This document shows positions 1-11,724 of a stretch of DNA of 64,000 nt, one piece after another (positions within the stretch are counted from its first letter, which is position 1; each line of letters begins with the position of its first letter). The DNA lies in the NCBI GenBank assembly GCA_000934665.2, contig JYFJ02000635.1:1-64000 (forward strand), written 5' to 3'. Source of the DNA: Catajapyx aquilonaris. Lineage: Eukaryota. The notes under the pieces are model-generated. The model was not told where the DNA came from, did not search any database, and saw only the letters and a list, made by a program, of their open reading frames with translations. Position numbers and translations under genes: made by a program.

Positions 1-109
1 GCTGTGCTCTATTTGGTTCAAGCCCGCTCAAGGGGTTGATTCAAGGGGTTGAACGGGGTGAAAGCCCTTGATATTGAGCAGTGGATACCGCCCTTAAGAT
101 TGCTTGTAC

Positions 110-698
110 TAGGTTCATTCAGTTGAAAATGAGCCATGGTCATAATTATAGCAAACCGGATGGGTTTGTCGCAACATCTTATACACAAAACGAAGGGTGT
201 GCTGGTGTAGTATTATGACACACTTACAGTCCTCCTCCCCCCCAATTAAAAAAGCGTCCAGTCAGATATGGAAGCAACAAATGGAGAGCAGCAAGCGGTA
301 ATCCATTTTTGAACCATGGAAGGGGTTGGCAGTGCAGAAATCCATCTAAGTATGAGTAGTGTTGAAGAAAACTCTATGATTTTGTCATGTGTTAGAGCCT
401 GGAGTAAGCGGTTTCAAGAGGGGCCATTGTCATTGACTGGTGACCGTGGTTCAAAAACGGATTACTGCTGGCTGGTCAACATTCGTTGCTTCCATATCTG
501 AGTGGATGGTCTTTTTGAAGGGGGGATCCTGAACAAAAGCACACTGCGACTGTGTCGAGTGATTGAATGGCCAACTGTAAGTGTGTCATAATAACTTACT
601 ACACCTGCAAGGCCTTCGTTTTGTGTATAAGATGTCATGACAAACCCATCCGTAAATTTGCTATATGACCATGGCTCGTTTTCATCTGAATGAACCTA
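110..698. mobile_element. MITE with about 120-bp imperfect terminal inverted repeats (TIRs)
   Basis: TAGGTTCATTCAGTTGAAAATGAGCCATGGTCATA...GACACACTTACAGT is mirrored by ACTGTAAGTGTGTC...TATGACCATGGCTCGTTTTCATCTGAATGAACCTA. Confidence 0.85.
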
Positions 699-700
699 AT

Positions 701-765
701 ATTATTTATTTATTTATTTATTTATTTTAAATTTACGTTACCCCTTGCGAGGGCAGGGCCCTTAC
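701..765 (-). mobile_element. Ultra-short retroposed element with (TAAA)n tail and 11-bp TSD
   Basis: ATGAACCTAAT at 690-700 and 766-776; core AGGGCCCTGCCCTCGCAAGGGGTAA. Confidence 0.75.
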
Positions 766-1027
766 ATGAACCTAATGTTATACTGTCAAAAGATAGGTTG
801 ATTTTGTGGGATTGTTCATGGAATTTCCCTGCATGAAAGCCAGCCTGGTTAATGGTCTCTCGACGCAGGGTCCTCATAATAGAAGCTACCTCTACTTGTA
901 ATATTATTAGCTGCTATTGAAATATTATTTTATAATCTTGACATAACCATGCTTTATTGGCATTGTTTGACAGGTGGGGGAATGGTAACCCTGAGTTTTG
1001 TACTAAGCTTGTCTTGAGATGTCTTCA

Positions 1028-1140
1028 TCAGCAGGAGTAGATCTGCTCAAAGTTGATGGCAAATCCAGGGAAATTTGACCTCTCATCGGAGTGGAAATGA
1101 AACTTCATGGAAGTGGCTGAGGGCTGAAAGCGTGCCGTCC
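1028..1140 (-). CDS. CUB gene terminal exon (WTARFQPSATSMKFHFHSDERSNFPGFAINFEQIYSC*)
   Basis: Acceptor catcaccAG; FHSD....GF...F.Q..C end of a CUB domain, then TGA. Confidence 0.9.
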
Positions 1141-4100
1141 CTGGTGATGAATATATTGGTAAAGTTTAATGCTGGTCAATGGGGGCAATGTCTGTAACAA
1201 GATCTGGGCTAAAAGCAAGCACTGTAGTTTTTCTATAGGATTAATATCCTTGCAAATAAATTAATTTCTACATCCGTTCTTGTGTAATTCCTTATGGGCA
1301 TGATCTAAACTTTATGTACTGTACACTGGGTTGAAACAGTTGATGTCACTTAATTGGTTTGCCATTTACCTGACCTTGAGATGTCATATAGAATGCAAGA
1401 GCACATCAATATGCATTGTAATTTTAATTATTTTTAACAAATTTTCATGTAAATGCAAAAACTGATGTAGCCAAGTGAAAATACTGTATACTATTCCTTA
1501 TTTTTAAATTCATGTTTTGGATATACAGTTGAATCAGGATATAACAGACTACAAGGGACCATGGAAATTAGTATGTTATAACCAAGTACACAAACCATAT
1601 ATGGAAGTATGCCGGGACCTGCCTTTCGAGTATGTTATAACTGAAAGACTTATAGCCGAGGCTGTTATATCTGGATTCAATTGTACTAACATATTTGGCC
1701 CACTGGAAGACCTGTTTCCAATGCCCACTTGTGGGAAGCTGTTCCTTGCATATGAGGAGCTTGCCAGACCTTAATTCATTTCCTCTTTTGATGAGAACAT
1801 TTTTTTTTTCCATCCAGACCATTTCTTAGAAGACCAAAGAGGTGGAAGTCACTGGGTGCAAGGTCAAGACTAGAGGGAGGATGTTTCAAGGAATCCTTCC
1901 CCAGTAGTCATGAGTGTCTCCAGAACTACATAGGAAGCATGTAGCTGGAGACATGTCCTTGCCTTCCTCCAGTCTAATTTTATTGAGTCATTAAACAGCC
2001 CCCTATTTTCCTAACTTCGGGAACAATGACTTCCATCTCTTCACACCTCTAAAAAAAACTCTGGGTGGAAAGAAGTCAATCATCGAGAGGAGGTGAAAAG
2101 TGCAACTTGTGGCTCCATGTGCCTTCCATGATGTTCCTGATATTCCAGTGGGACAAGCATAGCAAAGTGTTATTTCAAAGATTTGCCATTGAGTATTCAT
2201 TTTTGGTGGTCCACTGTAACTCTGCAGGTTCCACTGGCAAACATGTTGGTCACAAGAAACTAATCTAGTCTGTGGGAAGGAGAGACTGTAGCTGGCAGCT
2301 ACAATTCGGAATGGATGATTTGAAGCATATATGTGATTAGCTAGCATTCCAATGGCATCTGCAAAGACAGAGTAGATCATCTTGGAAGTGCAGATCAGTC
2401 AGCATAAGCTAATATATTCAATTGAAGACCTGAAATTCAGAACAATCCGCCACATTTTATTGGAAACTGAGTTAGGCTTGTAATATGATTCCTGACACAT
2501 ACTTCTCTGATGATGAAGTCAGCCTTCTCCTAGAAAAATTACAGTCCCTAGAGAAATGTTTGAATAAAATGGAGCCCATAAGGGTTGATGCACTCTTCAA
2601 GCTTGAAACGATCATAACTCATAATTTTTCGAATTACTCTGATTGTTCTGAATTTCAGATCTTCAAATGTTGTAACAGCTAATGTAAAGGGTCTCACATG
2701 CTGAAGTTCTCTTTTGATGAGCTATTCCGGGCATTTGCTGTTGCATGGCATTAATAAGTGACATTAAAAGTGCTTCTCAATGACTAAAAGTGGTAATGTT
2801 TTTGAACCTCATTGACTAATGATTTTCTGTGTGATTAAATACATAAAAGAAAGGTGCATCACATGTAAAGTTGAAACTCCCACAGAGGAATCCGCAGCTC
2901 GACATGTGGAAGAAGTCTGAGCATGCTCCTCCATAGGGGGTCATTGTTGGGGACTCCAGGCGGAAGTCCACTGTCTTCATGCGGATGCCGCATACAAATG
3001 GGTCAGATCTGAAATTGAAATCAATTTTATCCAGCCTGAGGGAGTTAACCTACACCTACTTCATTAATAACTAATCATTCTACTTATATTTTTGCATGTT
3101 TTGGAATACAAATGATTCACTATACTGTATAAGATAATGCATACTACATGTGTCTTCCTATATCCAGTGAACAAAATACCAATTTCCCATCCAGCAGAAT
3201 AATTCACCTGACAAACTCATAGACGCAATCAACGTTCCCAGGATATTCATCAGGAAAGTATGGTGAATTGATGCTGCCCATGGGTTCTCTGATCCGGGTG
3301 TAGCATGGGGACTCCGTTCCAGGTATAAGCGAGATTGGTGGTTCCAGGAAGAGAACTCCTCGACACTTCCGGAGGAGCTGGTATCGGACTCGGAATCCTG
3401 GTGCTTCGATATCTGAATCTGTGTGGAAGTGAAGACGAAGAGCACTAGCTCCAGGTTGGAATGGATATTCATCTGATAGGGGGAAAATGATGACAGGAAA
3501 TTAAATTTTTTAGAGTAAAACACATTGTTTTATTATGTGAACTGAATTAATAAGCCATTTGTTCCTGAAATATATATTGATATTATTATGATATAGCTTA
3601 AATATATTATGATATGTCATGTCTTAAAAGGCTGTAAGATGGGAAAAATAGTTCAATGATAAATTTGAATTAAACTATAAGTTACAAGCTGTCCTACAAA
3701 TACTACGGCAGGGAATTTGTGTAGTCTACTTGATGTTCACCCACTACTTCATATGGTATTCCTTGAAACATTTTACATCCCATCCAATGTCTTACTTCTC
3801 ACATTGGATGATAGGCTACTGTACATTTCTGGTGGCTGTGGTAGCATCTGGAGGATCTGGTTTTCTTTGAATGTTGTACAATTCACAGTGATTCATATAT
3901 TCACATATTTTATCATAATATTATGGGGATCATCTGAGCAAACCGTTCCACACTATGACAAAAATATGAAACTGAGGATTTTTAAAAATAACGTGATTTC
4001 AGCAAAATCAATATTTCCGCTTAAAATGTATAATGACGTGGTTGACCTAAAATATTAAAATACAGGCGTGTAAAGGTTATATGAAGGGTTAACGAAACAG

Positions 4101-5551
4101 TAATTTCCACTAACGAGTCTTCTTATCTAATAGTTATTAATAAAAGTGATCAAGCGAAAAACCTTTTTCATTTAATTTCTGGGCTTGTTTGCTTCTTTTT
4201 ACACTCTGACACTATCATTTCATCCACCTTGGGGTGGACTATGGCATAGAATACATAACTCTCTCTTTAAAAAAAATAATTGTCCTTCTCTGACGGTTTG
4301 CTCAGACGCGATCCACATATCCACTTTCGTTGGACTTTTTTAAACGGCCTTCCTTTGTACCTTGCCAAGGACAAGGAGGGATCTCGTATCGTATCCATCG
4401 AGAATGGGGAACCATTACTAATATAGGAATGAAAATATATCAATATGACATAAGATGCAAACCACCTTATAAAAGTAGGATAATCTACCACTGGCCACTC
4501 ATAAAGACCAACAATAGGCCTACAGTATATTTTCACGGTAACCTCAGACAACCTTCATTGCGGCATGATGCAATGTCCTTATTTTTAAAGTACAAATATT
4601 TATAGCCTGAGCGGATGGATATGTCATCCTGCCACTTCCGAAACTCATTCTTCACCCATGTTTCGTTTATTGTTGTTTGATTAAATTAATGGGATATGGT
4701 GTACCGGTATCTGCATTCTCTCACTACGTGAAGCTTTTCTGAAGTAGTTTGACTGGTGTCATCAGTCATTCATCGTAAAAATTATGCAAATTTTAAAAAA
4801 ATCACTGAACATATGTATTATTACATAGGACTCTGTTGTCAAAGCAAAAAAGGATAGCAGAGCGTGGTTTCGATCCACGGACCTCTGGGTTATGGGCCCA
4901 GCACGCTTCCGCTGCGCCACTCTGCTTCACACCTGGTAGTAGTAGGCTATATCAGAGTAAGTGTAAGGAATACTCGAACGTACTCTTCGGTGCCCATATC
5001 ATATCTGATCATCTGATTCAATGCCTGCGTATCATGCTGTCATAGCTGCGTATGCTATAGCGCTACACAAAGCTTGTTTCAGGGTCAGACAGGGATCGAT
5101 ACGAAGTCACGATATTACGATATATGCAGTTTGACACTTATTACAACATAGGGCATACTGCTTTATTGTCCAGTATGTTCTGGCCTAGGTCTTCAGTATC
5201 GGTGTTCGTGTTAGGCTCAAACTCCGAAAACGGCCATTGGGCGAAAAAAAACGTCCATTCTGCAGAATGCTCCTTTTCAAACCATCCATTCTGCAGAATG
5301 GACGGCCAGACCCCGAAATGCTCATTTTAAAAGGCCAGAACGCTTTCCTGGGCCAAACTTAAACGTCAGGACGCCAATTTCGTGTCGGGATAGCTGGTTT
5401 AGAAGACGCCCATAACTCGTTGGGGCAGTTTCCTGTTTCCCACTATGCCATGTATATGCTGGAAATATCTCACCCTATTTAGAGCATTCTGCAGAATAGA
5501 CGGCATATTCGCCCAATTGCCGTTTTCGGGGTTTGAGCCTAACACCGGTAC

Positions 5552-5642
<91 letters not shown>

Positions 5643-8600
5643 GGGCGCTGCCCTAGCAAGGGGCTGTAAAATTTTAAAAAACAACAACAATATTAGGCCT
5701 ATTGTTATCATTATTATCATTATTATCCTGGACCACCTGTTGGGAAGCTTCCAGCATTCTTGTGACTGCAGGACACCATTGATTTATTATATTTTAAAAA
5801 CAACTACATTATTTATTAATTCCCTTAAATGCACAACCTTCTCAATCACTCTCCAGTGCACAGAAGTGGCATGCAGTCAGCTCAAAATGGTCCACGCCCT
5901 TAAGAAATAATTCATTGACTTGGGCACATTGCCCACGTGATTTGATGACACAAGTATAAGACAACAATAGAATACGACGCAGTGTCCCGGAGTGCAAGCA
6001 GCGGGATAATGTCAATGGAGAAGTCCCCTTGTATTCTGAAATGTATATTGGGATGCACCCTACAGATTGAGTTCCTTTTGAGGAGCCGTCTTCCTGTAGA
6101 GTCAGCAGGAAACGGTCCTTGTCTTTTCAAATGGGTCGTAAATCCTTACGATCCATTGTGTGTATCCGCCATTCATCACAATAATAATAATTGAAGGGAG
6201 AATGGGTTCGGTTAAGTTACAAATGAAGTAGTTTTATTCACTTACATCTAGATCCGTTGAGAAGACCGCAGAATCGACTACCTCCTTCTGGGACGCAAAA
6301 CTCGACGGATAACCAGTCCTTCCGGCAAATCTGATCGTCTTCTGTTGGAGCCTCCACATTGAAGTTGACCACTGGAAAAAAGATGTAGCAATCAATCAAA
6401 TCGAGAACATATCGTATCGATGCCGAAAATGTATATTTGAAGGAATATTTTGAGAAATCTGCACAAGCAAACCATATTTGAATAAATACGAAAGACAATT
6501 TTAATTCAGTTAAATAAATTTGAAGTTAATAAATGTTGGGAACATATCTAGGTCTCTAGGCCATGAACAGCAGGATCTACAGCTAGTACAGAGCAGAGTG
6601 GCGCAGCGGAAGCGTGCTGGGCCCATAACCCAGAGGTCCGTGGATCGAAACCACGCTCTGCTAAGGATTTCTTTTTTTATGTTTCTTACAAGCACTTAGC
6701 CGTTTGTTAAGTTTATTATATCAATATTGACAATATATATTATTCATCGCGTTGTCGTCAGTTAAATGAGGCCTTCTCTCCAATGTATAGCTTATGGCCT
6801 AGCTGGGAAGCTGGATGGATTTCTGTGTACGGTGACAAGGGAGTGTCAAAATGACACAAATGTACTGGATATGAAACTAAGATATTTATGAAAATGTGAT
6901 TGCAGTTAAGTTAATCTCTTTGCCTAAAAAGGCGGCCCAATACATATTTTATCAACAAATCCTCTAGTGGAGCATTATCCAGTGGACGTTTTGTAGAATC
7001 GGTCCAGCCGAGAACAACAGGTGTAGATAGCCATAGTATATTCCTCATAAAGTCATAATATGATAGTCTACACTGCAGGGTGATCAGTGATGGGCACTAA
7101 TACGTGAATGTAATTAAATACTAAATACTGCATAAGAAACTAATTAGATACTAAATACATTTCAAATACATTTTTTGTTAATGTGCAATTAATTTCTTAC
7201 CATCATTCTTTGGATGAAAATAAGAAAACATAGCAGATTTCTACATTTACATATCAATTGTATAATTAGCTGTTATCAAGACTTCAACTTCAGGAAAAGG
7301 GTAAGTTAATAATAATAACAGAATGACAAATGAAATTCAAAAGTTAGTCTTTCCAGTTAAATTTTTTTATTGCTGCGCAATAATACCATGCGCTCCAGTG
7401 TCACATCACTCATTCTTTCATTAGGTTTCAGAATTAAGAATTATGCATATATAAATTAAAAGGGAGTTATGGAAAGTATTTACAATAACTTATGTATTTA
7501 AATACTTCTGTATTTGAATACTCAGAAATGTATTGATATACAGTATTTAAATACAGAAGATGAACCAATGTAGTTATAAATAATACATCTCTAAATACCA
7601 AAAAGAATTTAAATGCGTATTTAAATACTGCCCATCTCTGGTGATCCATAATATTTGCCCGACTAATATGGCTATTTGATGGCACTAAGATGCTAATTTG
7701 ACAGCAGTCACTTTAGCCTAGAAATTTTTAATGGTTATCATAAGTATGCATCTACTAATATTAGGTTACTCAGTTGAAGTAATTCAATCTGATATTAGCT
7801 ACTAATCTGACTAATAAAAGTAACTGCTAAAAGCAGCTTGCTGCAAAGAAATAGTTACATTAGGCTAACAGTATTTTGGATGCTCGGAAATATATATCAC
7901 AATATAGGCTACATTGAGCCCCTGAATGGATGCTTCGATCCAACCTAATACTGACATAACATTTTTATAGCCATTAGAAGTAACTTCTAGAAAGTAACTG
8001 CTTGATAATAAGCAGCTTACTGCCTAAAATTCATATACTCAGACAATTCAGTTGGAACAGAAAAAGAAGAAATCTCTGAAATGAATTTTCCACACTATTG
8101 TCACAGACGAGTAGATAGAGTCAAGTCGGCAATAGACGAACACTTGGGCAGGTTTGTTATGTATTTTTAATCAAGAGTCTACAAAATTTTTAAAACCCAA
8201 AATCAACTTAATCATAACCACTTAGCAGTCATTGCTCTGTGCGATTGGTTGTACCACCGTTGTACAGAGAAATCGGTGCAGATGCGATGACAATCAGAAG
8301 GCTGGGTCAAACATCATGAATAGGGTTTATATTGTACTGATTGTACCGGTGAGTCTTCCCCACTAACTGATTTATATAAGAATATAAACATGAATTACTC
8401 GTATGTACACTATGTACTACTACTACGTCACGCTAGTAAAGCCGCCAACTAGTTCCAGCAAGCGAAAGAGAGAAAAAAAGAACAAAAAACAAGAATGATT
8501 TCGATCAGCCCTCTCCCTCTTTTCGCGTGAGCTTACCTGTTCTCCCCCACCGAGGGGTCGGCCACGGTCGGCGCTAGAGTCAAGTGCCAGTACAGGTAGC

Positions 8601-9322
8601 GCCTTACCTAGCGGGGCAATTCTGAACCATTACGATCGACTCCGATTGGCTGGAGTCTTAAAGGCCTCCTTGGGCCATAACATGGCTGTCCGCATGAGGC
8701 CTTTCAGACTCCAGCCAAAAGCCAAAATGGTTCAGAATTGCCCAGCTAGGTAAGGCGCCACCTGTACTGGCACTTGACTCTAGCGCCGACCGTGGCCAAC
8801 CCCCCTCGGTGGGGGAGTACAGCTAAGCTCACTGGGGTATATGGAGTGACTGGGGGCTGCTTTCGATCCACGGACCTCTGAATTGTGGGCCCAGCGCACT
8901 TCCTCTGCGCCATTTCGTTTTGTTAGGTTTGCTTTGTTCTATTGCATCACTTCACCCACCGGCCGTGGAATACCATTGGCTTACGTTTTTGGCAACGTGT
9001 CTGACGCTTTTCATCAAAGTTATCTCGCAAAATTAAGAATGTTTATTATTATTAAAGATTCTCTGGTACCGGTACGTAACACATTGGTCAGTGACCGGAC
9101 CACCTGTGGAGTGAGTCAGACGTGTGCGAATGAATGATATCATGTAAGCTGAGTGTGCCTTACTGGTGAGTTTGACCCCGCAGTAATCCTGGGAGGGTCT
9201 CCTGATGTCATAGCAACAATCCTGGTTTGATGAGTATGGGTCCGGGTAATTGGGAGACTCCAACACACCCTCTAACGACGTCAGCTGGTGGTAGCATGGA
9301 TGAGGATCATAAAGCACAGCAC
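1028..9322 (-). CDS. Tandem CUB-domain protein, 5'-partial: complement(join(1028..1140,2863..3008,3208..3472,6246..6371,9164..9322)), about 269 aa visible
   Basis: The spliced translation gives two full CUB domains: C..(G.(L/I).SP.(Y/F)P..Y..N.DC.Y)..CG...F..E...C..D...(F/L)CG...FH(T/S)D....GF...(Y/F)...C. All introns are GT-AG with matching phases, and the stop follows the second CUB. Confidence 0.9.
1526..1683. mobile_element. Tc1/mariner-pogo type MITE, TA TSD
   Basis: TA|CAGTTGAATCAGGATATAACAG ... CTGTTATATCTGGATTCAATTG|TA. Confidence 0.8.
2863..3008 (-). CDS. CUB gene exon (SDPFVCGIRMKTVDFRLESPTMTPYGGACSDFFHMSSCGFLCGSFNFT)
   Basis: Acceptor aatttcAG, donor GTGATG; middle of CUB2. Confidence 0.88.
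3208..3472 (-). CDS. CUB gene exon (YEYPFQPGASALRLHFHTDSDIEAPGFRVRYQLLRKC...GSINSPYFPDEYPWNVDCVYEFVR)
   Basis: Different frame from track ORF 3158..3523; end of CUB1, linker and start of CUB2; acceptor cctatcAG, donor GTGAAT. Confidence 0.92.
4855..4926 (-). tRNA. tRNA-iMet: Initiator tRNA-Met (CAT)
   Basis: 72-nt AGCAGAGTGGCGCAGCGGAAGCGTGCTGGGCCCATAACCCAGAGGTCCGTGGATCGAAACCACGCTCTGCTA; A1:U72 pair, GATCGAAA T-loop, GGG/CCC anticodon stem; T6 terminator just downstream. Confidence 0.97.
5209..5544. mobile_element. TG...CA TIR MITE (Ginger-like), copy 1
   Basis: TGTTAGGCTCAAACTCCGAAAACGGC / GCCGTTTTCGGGGTTTGAGCCTAACA; internal sequence resembles the left arm of the 59088 copy. Confidence 0.85.
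5553..5642. repeat. (TTA)30 microsatellite
   Basis: Perfect trinucleotide run; explains the poly-N and poly-L ORFs in the track. Confidence 0.98.
5642..5690 (+). mobile_element. Ultra-short stem-loop retroposon, copy 2
   Basis: AGGGCGCTGCCCTAGCAAGGGG followed by an A/CAA-rich tail; homologous to 701..765 and 52714..52758. Confidence 0.6.
6246..6371 (-). CDS. CUB gene exon (MVNFNVEAPTEDDQICRKDWLSVEFCVPEGGSRFCGLLNGSR)
   Basis: Acceptor ttttttccAG, donor GTAAGT; F.VE..C..D.L..RFCG motif. Confidence 0.9.
6592..6663 (+). tRNA. tRNA-iMet: Initiator tRNA-Met (CAT)
   Basis: Identical to the 4855..4926 copy; T7 run at 6672-6678. Confidence 0.97.
7085..7640. mobile_element. hAT-like non-autonomous element with GTATTTAAATAC-type subterminal repeats
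   Basis: CAGTGATGGGCA ... TGCCCATCTCTG termini; GTGAT on both flanks; repeated AAATAC/GTATTT motifs near both ends. Confidence 0.7.
8487..8919 (-). pseudogene. Decayed tRNA-iMet pseudogene split by an inserted foldback element
   Basis: 8860..8919 reverse-complements to TGGCGCAGAGGAAGTGCGCTGGGCCCACAATTCAGAGGTCCGTGGATCGAAA (anticodon CAT>CAC). A degenerate 3' remnant ATCGAAATCATTCTTGTT lies on the other side of the insertion, at about 8487-8505. Confidence 0.8.
8506..8859. mobile_element. 354-bp foldback MITE (CAGCCC...GGGCTG termini, about 8-bp TSD; hAT-like)
   Basis: About 105-bp near-perfect inverted arms (8527-8631 / 8726-8832) and an inner about 23-bp inverted pair; flanks ATTTCGAT / CTTTCGAT. 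Confidence 0.8.
9164..9322 (-). CDS. CUB gene exon (AVLYDPHPCYHQLTSLEGVLESPNYPDPYSSNQDCCYDIRRPSQDYCGVKLT)
   Basis: Acceptor atttttcAG, donor GTAAGG; N-terminal part of CUB1. Confidence 0.92.
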
Positions 9323-10397
9323 CTGAAAAAATATTCCATCCAAATTCTTATGACTCAGTCTTTTAGCTCGTGACTGTACCTATAGCCTAACCTTATTTTC
9401 TATTGTTGTGACAGGCTCGTTCTAGATAATGGGTAGGATGTAGATGGCGCCCAGGGCGTTTGTAATGCCAACATTGGGCAGGTAATGAGCAAGGGAACCC
9501 AGCCCAGATTTCCACGCCACTTGGTTCAATCTACATGCTCATAATAATGAACGTGCAGTACACTAGGCCCTAGCTACATCCTGGCTTTTGTTGCTTGAGA
9601 CGAAGCAGGCAAGGGCGCGCCCAAGAATGTTAATAGCTGATGAAAGGCGTGTGAAGGGTACATGGCGGTGACGTCATGCAGGTGTCATAATTATGGTGAT
9701 GATTTCAGAACGGACGGCTATTGTTGCGTTGGGCACTTGCAAGATGACGTATCCCCAGTTTAGAGATTATGGGCCAACTTTGAAACCATCTCACGCGAGA
9801 AGTACAGAAATATTTTAAAATCACGAGTTTGTTTTTTTTCGAATGGTCTTTATTAGAGCCCAATGTAAACTGCGGATTAAAAACAAAAATCCTTTTATAC
9901 GGTAGTCCCAAGTAATGCCAAGTTGTTGTGACTTGCTGCATACCGACTGGTCAGTTCCGGGTGACAATCTCTTCTGGGAGATGGATGACCACGTTTTCCA
10001 TGGCCATAGAGACATTCTAGCACTGTCTTACCCTCAACAGCACCACTTTTGACTCACGAGGAATCTCCAGATCAAGGACAGAAGCAATGGATCCCGTTTG
10101 GAAAGGACGGACAGATAGTATGGGGGGATTCCCACAACTTGTGTGCCCAAATCTCAAGGAGCCAGCATCACTTTCACGCCAGGTTATACCGTACAATAAC
10201 GCTTAACACAGCTACACTTACGGCAAAAAATAGTGCTATTCGTGCAGGATTAACAAGGGTTGTGTTTAGAGGTATCGGTTTTGAACCCAGAGGGGCGAAA
10301 GTTACGTCCCTGAAGCATGAACTCCACTAGTGACGTAGAGTAGGGCAAGGACAATAAGTGTCTATCTCATGTGTTGTAAGAGTTACTAACTGTCAGC

Positions 10398-10469
10398 AGC
10401 AGAGTGGCGCAGTGGAAGCGTGCTGGGCCCATAACCCAGAGGTCCGTGGATCGAAACCACGCTCTGCTA
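10398..10469 (+). tRNA. tRNA-iMet: Initiator tRNA-Met (CAT), one D-loop C>T variant
   Basis: GCAGTGGA instead of GCAGCGGA, otherwise identical; T4 at 10474-10477. Confidence 0.96.
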
Positions 10470-11724
10470 ATACTTTTGTTCACATTCGTTGGCAAATGTA
10501 AAGATGCTGACCTCTGAGAGGCATCAAACTTTTAGTTATCATACAATAAATTATTGTAGTGGCCTGAACCATATGAGATTTTGCAATGAATGTAGCAAAT
10601 GCACTTTACTGCCAGTGATATTCACACCGTTTTGATTATTATTGAGCAACTTTCCCTTCCTGAAGCAGAATGTGGACCGGTTAAATGGATACATCTCAGG
10701 TGAAATATTAGACGTTTCCATATACCTGCACCACACACACTCAGTTACCCCCTTGACATCACAATCCAATTCATTTTACGAGCTTTCGCCCCTAAAAAAG
10801 TGGCCATTCCAGATGACTGCAAACCACACTGACCTGAGTAGAGTTTTCGACACAAACTTAATGAATAGTGGTTCTAGCACGAAACAGGTTGCAGTTTTTT
10901 GCGACGACGCCATACCTGCACGTTGCACATATTTGAAGGCAACATTTGGACTGCTAGCACCACATCTCTGTTATACGGTAAGCATATCGAGTTACACTAG
11001 CAATGCAGTTTTGGAGACTTCAACGCACCAATGACACACTATTTTTTTGCATAGTTTAATAAAATAAATTTATTATTGCAATTGATTACCTAGCAGACTT
11101 CCTGGTTACAATATTTTGCCCGCATGGTACGCCCTATTTAAGTTACGAACATTTCGCACCTAGTCGGACACAACTTTTAATCACAATTTAATGTCTTCCT
11201 GGAGAAAATCCACTTAGGTGTGTAGCCGGTGGCACGTGAAAAGCCGAGTCGTGGGCGGAGAAAGTGTATAGGAAGAGCCGGACAAATTGCTTCTTAAAGA
11301 GCCAGCCGCCCCCTGTAGGCTACTTTAAACGTGTGACATGCAGCAGCCTGGCTCAAGGATCCCCGCATTATTAAGGTGACGTCACACTGGATGGCGTATC
11401 TTTTCTACAATACATAGCTCAAGTCTCTCTTTACTCTCCGTGCACGACCTTTTTTCTAACAGCAGCAGCTAGCCGGCCTTTGATCCTTCTTCTCATGGTC
11501 AGAGTTGACCACTGACGCCGCCTTACTCGTGATGACCCTCATCCCGCCTGGTATCCAGTCCCTCCCCTCTCTCCTGTTATGAATCACAGTTACCACGCCT
11601 ATAACTAGTATCCACATCGAGTACTACTGTTCAGTCCGGTTCAGTCGCGAGCGAAAAGATGGGCACGGACGAGCAGTTCAGTATCTACCCGGTGGTGTCG
11701 CTGAATCAACCCGAATATACAGTA

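Noticed and set aside
3158..3523. 121-aa minus-strand ORF in the track
   Set aside because: Wrong frame; the real exon 3208..3472 is read in another frame and encodes CUB sequence.
4361..4417. 57-nt phase-1 cassette exon candidate on the minus strand (MVPHSRWIRYEIPPCPWQ)
   Set aside because: It has AG/GT ends and keeps frame, but the donor is weak and it would interrupt CUB1, which is complete without it.
5399..5669. Poly-Asn and poly-Leu ORFs
   Set aside because: Artefacts of the (TTA)30 microsatellite and an adjacent MITE.
8860..8919. Functional tRNA with CAC anticodon
   Set aside because: The anticodon stem is disrupted and the 3' end is separated by an insertion; it is an iMet-derived pseudogene.
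9940..10770. Candidate upstream exons for the CUB gene
   Set aside because: Several splice-like sites exist, but none gives a start codon, a signal peptide and a phase-1 donor.
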